NCBI RefSeq assembly: GCF_009914755.1
Contig: NC_060930.1
DNA: 64,000 bases
Source: the human T2T-CHM13v2.0 reference genome, Homo sapiens
Strand: one strand, 5' to 3'
The notes beneath the pieces were generated by a model, which had not been told where the DNA came from, did not search any database, and saw only the letters and a list, made by a program, of their open reading frames with translations. The position numbers and the translations under genes are program-made. Below are positions 1 to 16,653 of the stretch, piece by piece; within the stretch, counting starts at the first letter, position 1; each line of letters starts with the position of its first letter.

Positions 1-1149
1 TTAAGCCGTTCTGGGCAGGATTTCAGATTTCCATTCTTCAGTGCTTTGGGCAATACACTTCTATCATAAAGCGATCAATAATAATTAGGTGTCTGGAATG
101 AAATACAGTACACCATTATACTTCCTACATCTGGAAGGAGAAACCCACTTCACTAGCTCTGAATCAATGAATTTTCTTTTTATTCCTGGGGGGAGTGTTA
201 AAGGCAGCAGAGAACAGGGTGGAAATGTGAATTGTGGATCTGAGCACAATCACAAAAAAATTAGATGTTATGATACACCCTCTTACAAGTAATACAAGCA
301 AGCCCCAGAGCATTGAGCGTTTGTGTCTAACATCAACACTTTCATCACATGACATTCTCTTTCACTGCAGGGTCACCTGTTTCACATTTAATGAAAAAGT
401 CTGTCCTAATAGGTGATATATATGTGAAAGGACAAAGTGAAGGTTGTACGTGGGGCTTAACATAGTTTATTTTTCAGATCTTAGTTTTATCAAGTCATGT
501 TTTACCACGTTCCCATAATAAGGGACCAATAAATGGAGACGGAATTATTTCTCATCATTCTCAGAAAAGACAACTGATATTTATTCTGTTCGAATTTGAT
601 TTGAAGTTCCCTGTGCAGGTTGGTGCAGAGAGATAGAAAATGGAATCTGTAAGTTGTAACATAAATTTTCCTCGGTGCACTCCCAAGAATATGCAGCCTG
701 GTCCTTGCAAAGCTATCTTCTCTCAGTTGCTTCTGACTTGTCACTTTAAACATGGTCTTCAAGGATAGTCAATCCTATTTTCCAAATTCAGAATCCTTAC
801 TTCTGTAAAATTACTCACCTCTAAAACTTTCTGCTGGCTTTCTTCCCCCAATACTTCAAGTTTCCGTCTTGCTCTCTGGAGACTTGGAAAGAGACTAAGC
901 AAGTGTTTGTTAAGAGCAACCTTCTGCACTCTTGTCTGACCTATTTGAAGAAATGACCAGGAAAAGACTTATTGTGGCATTTATTGCCTTATAACCACCC
1001 TTTCTTTCATTAACAGGAGTTAGTTTACTGGCCAGCTGCATGATTTCATTATATGATGACTGAGTGTTTTATTCCCCCTCAGAAACTATTGCAATAGTAC
1101 AAAGAAGCAGAGTTAGTAACAATGTCGTTTAATTTTTTTTATGTGGGAA

Positions 1150-1520
1150 ATAAAATATAAATTGAGAAAGTGGGTTAAGCATCAATATACAGTTTAACAG
1201 TTGGTCATAAAGTGAACACCGTGTAACCACTGCCCAAGTCAAAAAAAGTAAATATTGCCAGCACCTGGAAGCCCCTTAATGTACCTTTCTAATTGTAATT
1301 CCCCTCCCCACCAGAGGTAGCCACTGTCCTGATATTTTATTGTAATCATAGCCTTCCTTTGCTTTGTAGTTCTAAAGCTTAGAGATACATTTCTCTAAAC
1401 CATATATTGAGTTTTTCTGGGTTTTGAACTTTATATAAATGGAACCATAGTATATGTGTTCTTTTGCCTTGTTTTTTTTTTCACTCAGCATGGCTTGTAA
1501 GATTCATTTGTGTGTTTACT
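1150..1520 (-). mobile_element. Old L1 (L1M-type) 3' fragment
   Basis: gtgaacaccgtgtaaccactgcccaagtcaa...ccagaggtagccactgtcctgat...gaactttatataaatggaaccatag is typical of antisense L1M 3' ends. Confidence 0.6.
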
Positions 1521-3042
1521 GGTTTTTTTTTTTTTTGAAAATTTGCAAACATAAGAGAAGTTGAGAGAATTGTATAATGATATAACTATATATGCTATAA
1601 TTGCATTGCCATCACATGACTAAGATTTGCCTATATCAATTGCTTTTTCCTTCTGAAGTGTTTTAATGTAAATTACAGACGTCTGTAATCATACATCTCC
1701 AAAAAAAATAAGGAAAGTGTTCTGTGTAATCCAAGACCATTATATGTAGCAAAACTAATTATAATTCCCTAATATGATCTAATACCCAGTTCATATTCAT
1801 ATTTACCTAGCTGACCCCAAAATGCTTCAACAGCTGGTTTGTTCAAACTAAGATCCAATCAAAATTCATGAAGAATGCACTTTTGACAGCATGCTGAAAA
1901 TGAGGCTGTTTCCTTCCTTTTTTTTCACATATACCTACTCAGTTAACAGAGCTCCCATAGGACCTGACTTCAGGTACTTATCCCATAGTCAAGAGGAAAA
2001 CAAGTAGGCTCCTCTGTGTTAATGACATGGTCTACCTCATACTGTATCACTCCAGAGGAAAGTATGCTATCTGAATTATTTTCAGAAGACAAGCCTAATA
2101 GAAATGAAATCAAAACCAAAATTGTTATCTTGAGGAGATACTCTGTAGTACTGGGCTGCTTGAGCTTCTTCAGGAAGTCTATAGCTTTCTTTATTAGGGG
2201 AATGCACATGAGGGCTGGCCCAGCCAAGGGAGCTCATTGGAATGCAGGTCTCTACTGACTGAAGTTTCTACCAAGACCACAGGAGTGCAGGTAGGTAGAC
2301 GGTTGGTCATTCTGATCTATTAGGATCTTCCAGGTCATCATGTCTTCCTAACTTGATATTGCTGGACTTAGGGTTTTCGGTTGTGTTTGTTTCAAATGTT
2401 TACCAGAAAGCTCTTGATGAAAGAGCACGGCCCCTGCTGAGCGAGCTGACCTCCCTGGTGCCTTTTTACAACAGAACACCTCATTTGCTTTCTGCAATCT
2501 GGTATTTAGATCAGCATCTCCCAGAGGCTTTTTCTCAGAGCACCAGCCCCATGGTACTCCATAAAAGGGTCATATTGTCCAACGAACTGGGGAGGAACGG
2601 TGAAACTGAGTTACACTGCTTCCTTTATTCCAAGTCTTCTCAGGGCCTTCAGTGTGCTAATGAACATGGTGATTCTCCAGCAGTACATGGCATTTCCCAA
2701 AATTATTTGTGCACAGAACCCTTTTCTCAGAGCATCTCTGTGGGTTACTATTCTGCAAAAACAGACTTTAGAAAGTGCTGATGTAGATGACTTGGATATA
2801 ATTGCAAACCATAGTAAATAAAGTCTCATCTCGTACCTCATGGGCCATGAAGAATTTATCCAGGCTCACTGTGCAGCTTTACACAAGTAGAGTGGTTGGG
2901 CGTCTGTGTTGGAAATGAGGGATTTTGTTCACGTCGACTCTGCTAAAGTTCCTACTGTGATCATGGGGGAGGGGCTAACAGAGAGCAGAGATCAGGATCT
3001 ATGCTTATTGTCTTGCAACAAGGACAGTGAGCCCTCAGATTT

Positions 3043-3698
<656 letters not shown>

Positions 3699-4180
3699 TC
3701 ATTTTGAATTAGTGATTCGATAAGCTTTCCTTGGATTATCAAGTAATTGAAAACCCTCTTACCTAGTAATAACTGGGTTACTGGCAAAATGTTTAGATAT
3801 TCATGGTACCTGAGGTAGTGAAAGACCCAATATGTGGTACTCATACAAATTGCCTCTAGATTAATATGACTTTTTATTGAATATGTTTAGCATATCATGT
3901 TGTCTAAAATTAGACATTCAGAGTTGCATTCTTTTTTCTTTTTTACATTCCTTTCCATTTTCAACATATCATTAGATTGACAACCTTATTTATTTTCTCA
4001 TTAACTTCCTTATGACATAAAAGATGAACTGATATTTGCCACCTGGTCTTTTGAAATGGAAGACCACTAGGTTTTTCTCATTGCTCCCCTTTCTCCTCTT
4101 TTATATATTGTTTATATAAACTTAATTTTGAAACATCTCTTTATCTTAAGAAAGCATTTTTCTCTAGAGATAGCATAAAT

Positions 4181-4300
4181 GTGGATTGATTGTTTCATTT
4201 GGAATCCTTCTAGGCTATAGGTGTTGCATCACACTAATACGTGGGTTGATTATTATGTTTTGAGTCTTTCTAGGCTGCAGTTATTGTATCATATGAATAA
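4181..4300. repeat. Diverged 60-bp tandem duplication (2 copies, about 43/60 identical)
   Basis: 4181-4240 aligns without gaps to 4241-4300. Confidence 0.75.
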
Positions 4301-4779
4301 TTCTCATTACTCATGAAGCCAGATGGGAAGTGGAGGCATGTTCTAGGTTCTGGAGGCTCATTGCATTTGTCACTTGTAGATTTCTAGCCTAAAAAGTTCC
4401 TTTTACTGGAGTTGTAAGATTTACAAAGGATAAAAGCTATAGATTTGACTTGCAAGTAAACTACTCAGCAGTAAGCTACCACAAATTTCATCATTTCTCA
4501 ATTGCTTTTCCCCCTTCAACTTTCTATTCCCTTCAGAATGTAATTTAAAGGCAGTTGAGCAGAGAATTCAACAGAGATAGATTGTCCTGGAGAGAAATCT
4601 AAATAAGTTTCTGCTCTGGTAATCTGAGCAGGACCAAATGACTTGTTCTAACATCAATATTGCTTTTTCTCCAACTTCTTCATCTTTACTTCATCAATAC
4701 TTAAAAGTCATGGAACATAAGAGTTTCTTTCTTCCATCAGTACTGGGAGCACATAGAAAATACCCGGCCCAGAAATTGT

Positions 4780-5240
4780 ACATCTAGCTATATATTCTAG
4801 AAAAATCCTTATACATGTTTACATGAGTGCCTGAACAAGTATGAACACAGTAGCGATGTTTGTATGCCACAATGTGGGAACAACTTAACTTGCCTTCAGC
4901 TGCAGGCTGGTTAAATAAATCATAGTACCTACATCCCATGAAATGGCATGCAGTACTCAAAAAGAATGAGGTGGGAAGAGCTATGGAACCATTTGATAAG
5001 TTAGAGGAAGAAAAAGACTTGTAGAACAACATGCATAGAATGATTTCATTTATGTTTTTAAAATGGTATTTGTATATGGTCTGGGAAGGTATGACTGTTG
5101 CAGGGGAGAGGCGGGGAAAAAGATGGAGGCAGTAGTGGATTTGATGAGTTAGCCTATGGAGGGAGAGAAAGTGAAAAGGACTGTTTTCTCTTGATTTCTT
5201 GAGTTTTTTACAGTAAAATATTTTCATGTATTATTTTTAT
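4780..5240 (+). mobile_element. Old L1M 3' fragment
   Basis: ggaacaacttaacttgccttcagc...gttaaataaatcatagtacctacatcccatgaaat...aaagaatgagg is L1 ORF2-end/3'UTR-like. Confidence 0.6.
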
Positions 5241-5375
5241 AAATAAGTGTGTGTGTGTGTGTATGTGCAAGACATTTTTTTAAATGCCCTATTTTTAACA
5301 AATTCATCTAACCTAGGTATTCCACCAAGGAGAATGAGCCCATCCAAGATGCTTATTTTAAATTCATCAATGTCA

Positions 5376-5706
<331 letters not shown>

Positions 5707-6009
5707 TCATCACAAATTCATATGGAAAGGGAGACTGGGAAAATACATTAAGGAGGTATCATGGGGAACTGGCTTTCGTAAATACAGCATAGACTGACAT
5801 GGTGGCTCAGAAGAGGAGTTTAAAAAATGACTAAACTAGAACTACTGTCACTGTTAGTAGAGGTGGTCTTTGGTCCTTTATCTCCAGACTGCTCATTTCT
5901 AAAGTACTGGCTCACATACAGACAGATTTTAGAACAACAAAGTGGAACAGAAAGCTGTGAGAATTTCCCTAGTTTTCCTGTTTTTTCCTTCTTTACAAAC
6001 CAGTGCAAA

Positions 6010-6546
6010 GATTGGTGTGTTTTAAACTGGAGATTTTATTATTCTTCAGGTATGGTGAGGCCAACAGATAAGAAGACAACTGCCATTGAAAAGATTGTTT
6101 TACTCCCAAATCCCAAGAGCAAGGGGCATGCCACCCAAGCAGGGCCACACAGGGGGAGGTATGGGAGGAAAATGTGGGCGTGAGCCTTGTTTGTGGTTTC
6201 CATGGGAAGGAACAGGCAAGACAGAATAAGCAGGCTTAGGATTGGCCAGCAGGAACACTTTCAGTGGGCTCTGTCACATAGGGGTGGTCTCTAGTCATCT
6301 AGTACCGGCCCTGGAGTGCTGAGGACAGGTGCACAGCGACTGGGAATGTACTAGCTCATTAAAGGAGGTGGTCAGGACTGTGGGCTCTGAATAGATTCAT
6401 TTGGATGTGAAAGGCACATTCAAAGAATTCTATTCACTCTCTCTGGGAATCAGCCAGCCACAGGAGAGGCAGTCCATCCAGGGTCGGCAAGGCTCCGAGG
6501 TGTCAGAGCATCAGTAATACAGAATAAAAGTGCATGGTGAATACAC
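6010..6546. mobile_element. Ancient ERVL-type solo LTR (subfamily uncertain)
   Basis: ggtgaggccaacagat...ctgccattgaaaagat...gggccacac...gcttaggattggc pattern of old LTRs; co-linear similarity to 44660-45150. Confidence 0.55.
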
Positions 6547-7480
6547 AGTGGTAAAGATGCAAGAATAGCCATGCCTTTTGAGGTTTCATGCCTAGTTTTT
6601 ATATTAAGGCAGAGTTTGAAGGCAAGTTTAGAGAGCCTTCCTTGGACATGCCAACCTTTAAATACAGTTTCTTGGGGCCATTTTTGGCTATGTTTGGCAC
6701 TCTAATTGAGAAATCATTCTTCCAGTCATATTTCAGGCAAGTGAGATATGCGAAATCTCTTTTTTTACATGTCTGGATCTTGTCAGCTAACATTGTTGGT
6801 CTATAAAAGCAAAGCACAATTTGCTTTTTTGCTTTCTGTCTTCAGGCTTCTCATATGTTGGTTTTGAATTGTAGACTAGATGTTTCTAGAAGTAGTCTTT
6901 GCACCTTTGCTGGTTTATGTAGTTCTCTTTTGGTGTTTCAGTTGCCAGCATCACATTGTAAAGCCTCTGATGGTTTTCTGCATTGACTGCAGGCTGGAAA
7001 TTTGGTTATTTTCTAAAGATCAGGGAGTTGCCTTGGCCACCTTCTAAGCCACATATTCATTTTGGGGAGAACTAGACTCCGGATTTTTCTGTTTTGGTTC
7101 TACTGATCAATTAGGTGTTAGAGGTTTAAAACATTGCTGAAAAGAAATTTACCTTTATATGCTATATTTCTAATTTTTCAATTTTAATGTTGGCCTCCTA
7201 GCTTTTTGTGACCTAAAGTTTATTAATTTCTTAGTCTGCTTAGATTTACTATTTTCATTTTTTTAACTAATGCTTTTGCTATTACAGGCATTTTTCTTTA
7301 ACAACTTTATTGAGGTATAATTTACATACCATAAAATGAACCCATTGTAAGTATATTTCAGTAAATGATTTCAGTAAATTTAAAGGGTTGTGCAGCCATC
7401 ACTGCAATCCAGTTTTATAACCAAATGGTTTACACTGAAGCATCCCCTCGTGTGGACACTTGGATTTTATACTGCCCTGT

Positions 7481-7782
7481 ATTTTATTTTATTTTATTTT
7501 GTTTTTTGAGATGGAGTCTCACTCTGTTGCCCAGGCTGGAGTGTAGTGGTGCAATCTCAGCTCACAGCAACCTCCACCTCCTGGGTTCAAGTAATTTTCC
7601 TGCCTCACCCTCCTGAGTAAGCTGTGATTACAGGCCACCACGCCTGGCTAATTTTTGTATTTTTAGTAGAAATGGGGTTTCACCATGTTGGCTAGGCTGA
7701 TCTTGAACTCCTGACCTCAAGTGAGGCCCACCTCAACCTCCCAAAGTGCTGAGATTATAAGCTTGAGCCATCGTGCCCAGCC
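7481..7782 (-). mobile_element. Alu (AluS)
   Basis: Antisense Alu; TSD tgcc[c/g]tgtatttta. Confidence 0.93.
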
Positions 7783-8396
7783 TGCCGTGTATTTTAATAA
7801 CTGTATAATATCAGAGTGATTTTTGGATTTGAGAATAGGTTTTCTTGTTTTAAAATAAGTCCTTCTGACTTTATTTTTTTATATAAAAATAATATCTGCT
7901 CTCATGCTTTTCCAGCACCTCTAGAAATACAGATGTTTGCTTAAAGGGATGGATTGCTTTGTTCTGTTCACTTTCATTTTCTACCTCCCAAAGACCAAAT
8001 ACTCCCAGGCAGTCAGCTCACCCTCACACCTCGGTTCTCATTTAGCTGATTTATCTTATCCCTGCCATCCGTCGGGCTGGTACATGACACATCACACCTT
8101 CTCCCTTTCTCGGTGGCTCACTCCTCTTCTTCTAAATTCTTTAACTTTTCATAATTCCTTCTTTTTTCTTCCTTTTTCATGTTTGTTCTACCCAAAGCCA
8201 AAATTATCGAGGAAGGAGGGTCAGACCATACCCAGTTTGTGAGAAGGGAAACCATTGTATTTTCTTTTTTCCCCATATCAACCCCATTTCCCGCTGTGTT
8301 TTACGGGTCAGTCATAAACCAGGTCCAATGGTTGTCCCTTTGCACCAGTCAGCCCACAGTATTTTACTTCCTGGAGCAGTGTTGAGCTTGTCCTAG

Positions 8397-8818
8397 TGTA
8401 AAAGTTAAAGCAACTTCATCTTGGATGCTAATCCACCATGTTGGCTTCTGATTAACCCCAGGTCTTAGAAGGCCTCTGAGATTTCCAATTTATCTACTGT
8501 TCTTTGTGCAAGAGCATGTACTTACCGTAAGTGCTGCCCTTAGGTCAAAACAACCTTAATGTTACCATGCTTCGGTTGTCCTACACTTTCTTTTCAATCA
8601 TGCAGACCCTTTCCATATAGTATATAAGCCCTGGGTCTGGGAGAATAATGGCCTGGGGATCCACTATCTCATCTCACTGCTGCCCAAGACCCAGCCCTGG
8701 CTTCTGTTTGTGAGTCCCTAGTACAAATTCAGAAGATTAATTTCTCAGCTTTTCTTTGTCCTCTCAGCTTCCTCAGACATGGGGGGTAGGTGTGCATACA
8801 CCTGCCTGCTGCAGAACA
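8397..8818 (+). mobile_element. Solo LTR (LTR47-like, ERVL)
   Basis: TG...CA termini (tgtaaaagttaaagcaac...gcagaaca), about 420 bp, TATA box tatataag at 8621; resembles the remembered LTR47 consensus. Confidence 0.7.
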
Positions 8819-8932
8819 CTTTGACCCCACTGAAACTTAGCTCCGACTTTGGAAGAGCTGCTTAAAGTAAAACCAGAAGAGAGGTGTCATGCATACCTTG
8901 TTAAGAGAGATGGTAAGAAGAGAAGAGTTCCT

Positions 8933-9280
<348 letters not shown>

Positions 9281-9929
9281 TCACTTTACTATGACTTTCA
9301 ACCCAAGTAAACTCAAATCAGATTGCCTTCTGTTTTTAGAGCCTTTTTGTTTTCCTATACATTATAATCATTCTCACAATGATGTTGCGTCATGGAGAAA
9401 AAGGGAAGAGCATTAAAATCTCTTTCTGCCCTTCCACTTACAGCTGTGGTACTCTGAGTAAGTTCATTTTGCTAGGCCTCAGGTACCTCCTTGTAAATTG
9501 GGAATGATTATACTTTACAGGATTGTGGTGAAGATTAAGTTAAGTAACAATTTTTCATGCTTCTCAAAATAATCTGTGCATTCGCTGTGGGCTCAGGGTT
9601 CTATACCAGGAATGGACAAAGCCATAGAAGAAATAAGCCATCTCTTTCCAGCATGTCACTTTAACTTGGAAATTGGTGGTGATGGAGCAGGAGTATTTTC
9701 TTATTTAAACTAAAACAGATATATTATGTGATTTCTACATTTACTTTTAAAGGAAACTTAGGACGTTAAAGAAATGTACTTTCTTTAATGCTTGGCATGG
9801 GCAACTTTGAGTCATACACTTGGAGCCCCTAGTATTCTCCCTGTGTCATAAGGAATGTTTCCATGGAAAAGTTTGAGAAGCACTGGTGCGTGAAAGCATC
9901 TGGCATAGTCTGTGCCACGTAGCACATTC

Positions 9930-10850
9930 TCATTTAACTTCCCATGTCTGTTTGATGAAGTATCCAACTGCATTTCCCTAGCACATGCTTGATAACGTCT
10001 CTTGGATGTGGCTAGCATCGAACTTGTCATGCATCCTCCAACCCCGATTCTCACCCCGTATTCCCTGCCTTAGTCATGGACAGCACCGTCCATTGAGTTA
10101 TGCAGTCAAGAACCAAGGTATCCTCCTTGGCCTTTCTCTTTCCTGCATATCCCTGTCCAAGCTTTAACATCTAGTTGTGTCTACATTGCCACCTTCACAT
10201 GTCTTGGGTGCATCTTTTGTCACTGTCAACAGCATCTTCATTTCAGCTACCATCATCCCCTGCCTAGATGCCTGTAATCACCTAGTCATTGGCCTCTTTC
10301 CAATCCATTCTCTATATTAAAGTGAATGTTCATCTTTCATATTCTCAAAGCTGTTCATTTCTTCCCATTGCTCTTAGAATAACATGGTCCATGAGGCCTT
10401 TCATGGCCCAGCCTCCTACCCCATCTCAAACATTCTTCATCTGATGCTGGCAGCTGCAGCCACACCAGCTTTCTTTCTGTTCCTTCCTGGAACCATGATT
10501 TCTCCATCTAGAGCAGGCTGCTCTATCTGGAGCATTTCCCTTGGCCCCTACCCAGCCCCCCTCAGCTCAAAGATCTCTTCTTCAGAAAAGCCTTTTCCAA
10601 CACCCCAATCAGGGACAATATTTACCATATGCTCTGATAGGAACTTGTCCCTTTTCTTAAGGAGGACTGATCTTAACTTGTGATCACACATTAAGTAATA
10701 TCATCATTTGATGATGGTCTGAATGTCACATGAGTCTGTAAACTCTATCACGGCGATGGCTGTCTCTTTGGTCACCATTATTTCCAGCCCCAGCCGGTGC
10801 CTTTGACCATGGACAGCAGATCCACAGTTGTTGAGTGACAGCTGATGTCC
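9930..10850 (+). mobile_element. L2 3' fragment
   Basis: L2-typical ccatcatcccctgcctagat...ccaatccattctc...ccagctttctttctgttcct...gttgttgagtga. Confidence 0.65.
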
Positions 10851-11197
10851 AGATGGCTGAGTGCTTAGCCTGAGAACATCCACATTTCTCTTAATAGCTC
10901 AGGATCTTGGACCTCCAAGTCCAGGGTTCTGCTCACCTCATTGCAGATCTTCCTTTAGCGCTATAGACCAGGTCTCTCCACTTTAGTCTGTGGTTTGCAA
11001 CACCTAGGAAACCTCATTTTGTTTAAGAGAAATCCGTTTTATTTATGCGGTTAAGTACAGAAGGGGAAAGCATCTCTTTATATTCGGATGGCTTTTTGTC
11101 ACCCAAACATCTGTAACAAACCCCGTACTTAAAGCCCCCCTGCTTCACCTTACCTGTCCAGTCTTCTTCCGCTGTGCTGCTGTGCTGCTTAGCAGAT

Positions 11198-11505
11198 CTT
11201 TTCTTTTCTTTTCTTTTCTTTTTTTGAGACAGAGTCTCCGTGGGTTGCCCAGGCTGGAGTGCAGTGGCACAATCTCGCTCACTGCAACCTCTGCCTCCCG
11301 GGTTCAAGCAATCCTCCTGTCTCAGCCTCCCAAGTAGCTGGGACTACAAGCATGCGCCACCACGCCCAACTAATTTTTGTATTTTTAGTAGAGATGGGGT
11401 TTCACCATGTTGACCAGGCCGGTCTCAAACTCCTGACCTCAAATGATCCACACACCTCGGCCTCCCAAAGTGCTGGGATTATAGGTGTGAACCCCCGCGC
11501 CCGGC
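11198..11505 (-). mobile_element. Alu (AluSx-like)
   Basis: Antisense Alu; TSD tgcttagcagatctttt. Confidence 0.95.
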
Positions 11506-12984
11506 TGCTTAGCAGATCTTTTCAAATCAGGCAGAACTTTCTAACCTAACTGCATGCAATTCCCTGTCCCTTCTCCAGCCCTTCCCCAAGCTCTGAATAG
11601 AACATCTTTTTGCCTTCCTGCCACCATATAATGTCATCTGGTTTGACAAATAAAACTCTTGAACCCCCACACAAACACTGTTTCCATGTTTCCTGCACCC
11701 AGCTTTCCCCCTTGTCCTCCCATATAGCCCTCCTGCCGTCACTTCTGTGGGTACAGATTTATGTCTCTATTTTAGGATTAATATGTTCTCTGTCAGCTCT
11801 ACGTGAGTGCATTCTAACCTAACATTTATTTTTCTCCCTCATATCACTTAATTCATTGTAATTTCAGAGAGGGAGCTAGAACGTAACATTTTTAAAATAG
11901 TAAGTTCCAAAATATATAATTAGTGATTCTCAGCCGAGTCATGCCTGAAAATAACCCAGAGAGCTTTTTTATCACAATGGAGATGTCCTGGTCCCACCCC
12001 GGACCTATGAAATTGGAATGGCTGGGCTGAGGCATCAGTGTTTTCCCAGTGTGGCAAAGTGACTTGACTAAGGTCACTCGACTCATGTCCCATAGCTTAG
12101 AGGGTGGCAGAGTTAGAACCACAATCCTTGTTGCTTGCTTTCTTTCTAGTTCTTCTTCATATTCTTTGGACTAAATTCCGTTGAGGGCAGTGTGTGTTTA
12201 ATTAATCTGTATCTGAATTTGTCTGCATAAAGTAGTTTCCTTATTTTAAAGCTGATGATTTTCCCCTGAATATGTTTTCAAAGGCTGTGGAGGTTGAGTC
12301 AGTGTGTACCGGAGACTGCGCCAGCTGCTGGAATAGCCTTCTTTCCTCCCCACGTTCGCCTGTGTCCCTCCTTTGAGCCACAGGCCTGCCTCTTGGGCAG
12401 CCCCTCATTTCCTCACTCCTGGGTTGTTTCTACTTGATTTGCCCCCCAGCACACCCACTGTTACCTCTTCCTTCCTCCAGCCCCGCTGCCACCTTCCCAA
12501 GCACTTGACCTAGGTGCATGGTGGGGCCATGGTGGAGGTGCACTGGGTAACTGAATGGTTCCTTCTCCATTTGGCTGTTCCAGCTTGGAGCCTAAGAGAA
12601 GAAGGCAGTGGAGGGGCCATGCCATGGAAGCCACCCCTACCTTTAGACAGTATCACCTCCGGACCTTGGGAGGCCACACCAGAGAGCTTCTCAGAAGATA
12701 TTTTCACACCATTTTTTAAAATAGTTGGAAAGCAACAGAATCCTCAGTGAGGCATGATCTCTATGAACTAGATCATTGAAACAGCAGTCCCTCCTGGGAG
12801 GAAGTACCATGTTCAGGAAAGTTCAGTAAGACATGAGGTTTGGCTGACATCCAAGGTGGCATTTCTAGCATTGAATCCCAGTTCCTTTACTCAATAGCGA
12901 TGTGACTCTGACAAGTTGTTGAGCTTTTCTGTGCTACAGGTTCAACCATAAATTGGGGTTCAATTAAATAAGAACGCCTACCTC

Positions 12985-13282
<298 letters not shown>

Positions 13283-13473
13283 CTACCCTGTCATAGGTGG
13301 TAATTTGAAGATTATTTGGAAGCTTAAATGACATCATCTGATTAAAAGGTTTATTATGATAGTATCAAAACATATTAACTGGTATGTCTCATTAGCTCAC
13401 ATTAGCAAAGCACGATTTACAGAAGCTTTCTCGTATGTTACATTGCCATATGTGTTAACATAGGATCCTTTAG

Positions 13474-13725
<252 letters not shown>

Positions 13726-14317
13726 TAAAACTCCAGACAGTTCTAGAGAGAAAAGAGAACATAGCAGACAGTGCTGAAGCTGTCAGCATCATATGAGACG
13801 AAGGAAATAAAACTCCCTTTTCTGAGCATTGGAATCAAACCACAGGAGGCTAAGCAAAATGATGTGGCCCCGGGAATGATGCAGGCACTGGTTGTGAGTC
13901 TGTTGGCATGCAAATACACACGACCAGGGTGCAGTCACCTGTTTAGGCCCTTTCAGCAACTAAGTATTCCCAAGACAAGTGTGAGAAATCCATACTCATC
14001 TAGGATTTCCTTAACTTGTTTTTGTTTGTTTGTTTGTTTGCTTTTGGTGGTCCATCTTGCCACAATAGAATAAATTGAAGGAGATAAATTTGTGATATAT
14101 GACTGTACATTTAAGATATTGGAAATGATAATATTATGGTGCTTCAAATGCTCTGTGAATGTGTCCACAGATATTTGCTGGTGAATACCACGTGTCCTTT
14201 GCTTATTGAATTATTGCCTTTGAATATGAATGTATGCAGTGAACTACATGGCATATGAAGTATCCTTCACTCCTCTTTTCTAAGAGCTTTATGGTATTTT
14301 AGTTTATTATGTATATA

Positions 14318-14602
14318 TTTTGGAGACAGGTTCTTGCTCTGTTGCCCAGGCTGGAGTGCAGTGATGCAATCACGGCTCACTGCAGCCTTGACCTCCCAGC
14401 CTCAAGGGATCCTCTCGCCTCAGCCTCCTGAGTAGCTGAGACCACAGGTGTGTATCACCACACCTGGCCGATTTTTGTATTTTTGTGCAGACAGGGTCCC
14501 ACTATGTTGCCCAGGCTGGTCTCAAACTCCTGGGCTCAACAATCTTCCCACCTCAGCCTCCCAAAGTGCTGGGATTACAGGCGTGAGCCACCGCGCCCGG
14601 CC
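14318..14602 (-). mobile_element. Alu (AluJ-like)
   Basis: Antisense Alu with J diagnostics (cacggctcactgcagccttgacc, cctgggctcaa). Confidence 0.93.
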
Positions 14603-15397
14603 TTTGCAATTTTCAATTGAACTTGCATGCGTGCACCTTCTCTTCTTGCTCCTCCTTCCTCTTCTTCCTCCTCCCTCCTCTCCCTCTTATCTCTTTCTCT
14701 CACTCTGAGGACCACACTCCCTCTGTTAGCGCTTTAAGTGAAATAACAGACTGTCACTTCCAATCTTGTTAAAATCATCAACAGTGATTTTCTATGTCAG
14801 GTCTTCTGATTGTTTCATGCAGGTGTTATCTGGTGGGCCAGATTATTAAATCACATAATATTCTACTTTAACAATCTGTCCTGATAGTCAAAGTGGTCCT
14901 GTAATCTGCCGACGCAGTCCATTTGCTGTGTTTTTGTAGGTCTTCTACATGCCTCGTGTGTTCTACTACAACGAGGCAGGTGGTACTTCTGGGTTCTGGC
15001 GCATCTTTCAGACTCCACTGTTTTGTGGGTTGGTTCTTATTCCTCTGGTGAATCTGACCTCCTTCATTCTTGTCATGGGCCTTCCCCGTGGTACTTTTGA
15101 AGTATTTTCTCTTAGCACAAATTACTAGCCTGAAATGCAAGAGAAAAGTGGCCTAGCTCTTGCCCTGCCCTGGTGGCAAGGCATAATGGAGGCAGAATGT
15201 GAAGGTGCATGATTCCAAACTACGTTCTGTCATTATCAGAACCTCCTGGGGTCAAGCAAGCCCTATGGTAAGCCAGCTTTATCCATCGATTTCTGTGTAT
15301 GACCATACCAGCATACCACTTTTTTGATGGATTAAGCTCTCCAGGAAAAGAATCCATACTTTTGTTGCATTTCTTCAATGTCTTGCTGCCTGTATGA

Positions 15398-15752
<355 letters not shown>

Positions 15753-16289
15753 CCTCCCTTGTTCTAACTTTAAATCTCCATGCTTCATCATAAGCTCCTT
15801 TCCCCATATTCACCCCCCAGGAGAGATGGAAAATGTTTAACTAAAGGTATAATATTATATAATAAGCACCCGAGTGCTTAAATAAATATTATTGTTACAG
15901 CCAAAACTTGTTCAGATCCACTTAAACAATCCCTCTTCTCCCTCAGGAATATTCTGAAGTAGAGAATACATGTACAGTAGCATTTATTATTTCCGTTACA
16001 TCTAATAACTGGGTTAAGATAAGAATTGCCTAAGTGGCTTCCTGACTTATAAAAAGAAGTCACAAACTGTTGGAGCAAAAGCCTCATTTGATAGGGAAAG
16101 AAACAGGATCCCTGAGACTGGAGGGTCCCTTAGGCTGCTCTCAAGGAACTCCAGACTGTTGGTGCCCCAAGTCCTCACCAACAGTTAGGAGTTCCCTGAG
16201 AGCAGGCGCTGTGCCTCTGTCACACTTGCTTCTTTCTCCATCAGCACACATGGAGCTGACACAGGACCTGCACTCAGTAAGTGGCTGCG

Positions 16290-16653
<364 letters not shown>

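Noticed and set aside
1970-2841. Cluster of ORFs (142 aa on +, 85 and 76 aa on -) in apparently unique sequence; considered as a pseudogene or retroviral relic
   Set aside because: No recognisable domain, no convincing splice sites, poly-A or TSD. A BLASTX/Dfam search would be needed to revisit it.
4784-5227. 147-aa ORF on the - strand, the longest in the track
   Set aside because: Antisense to a decayed L1 fragment; composition is non-coding-like.
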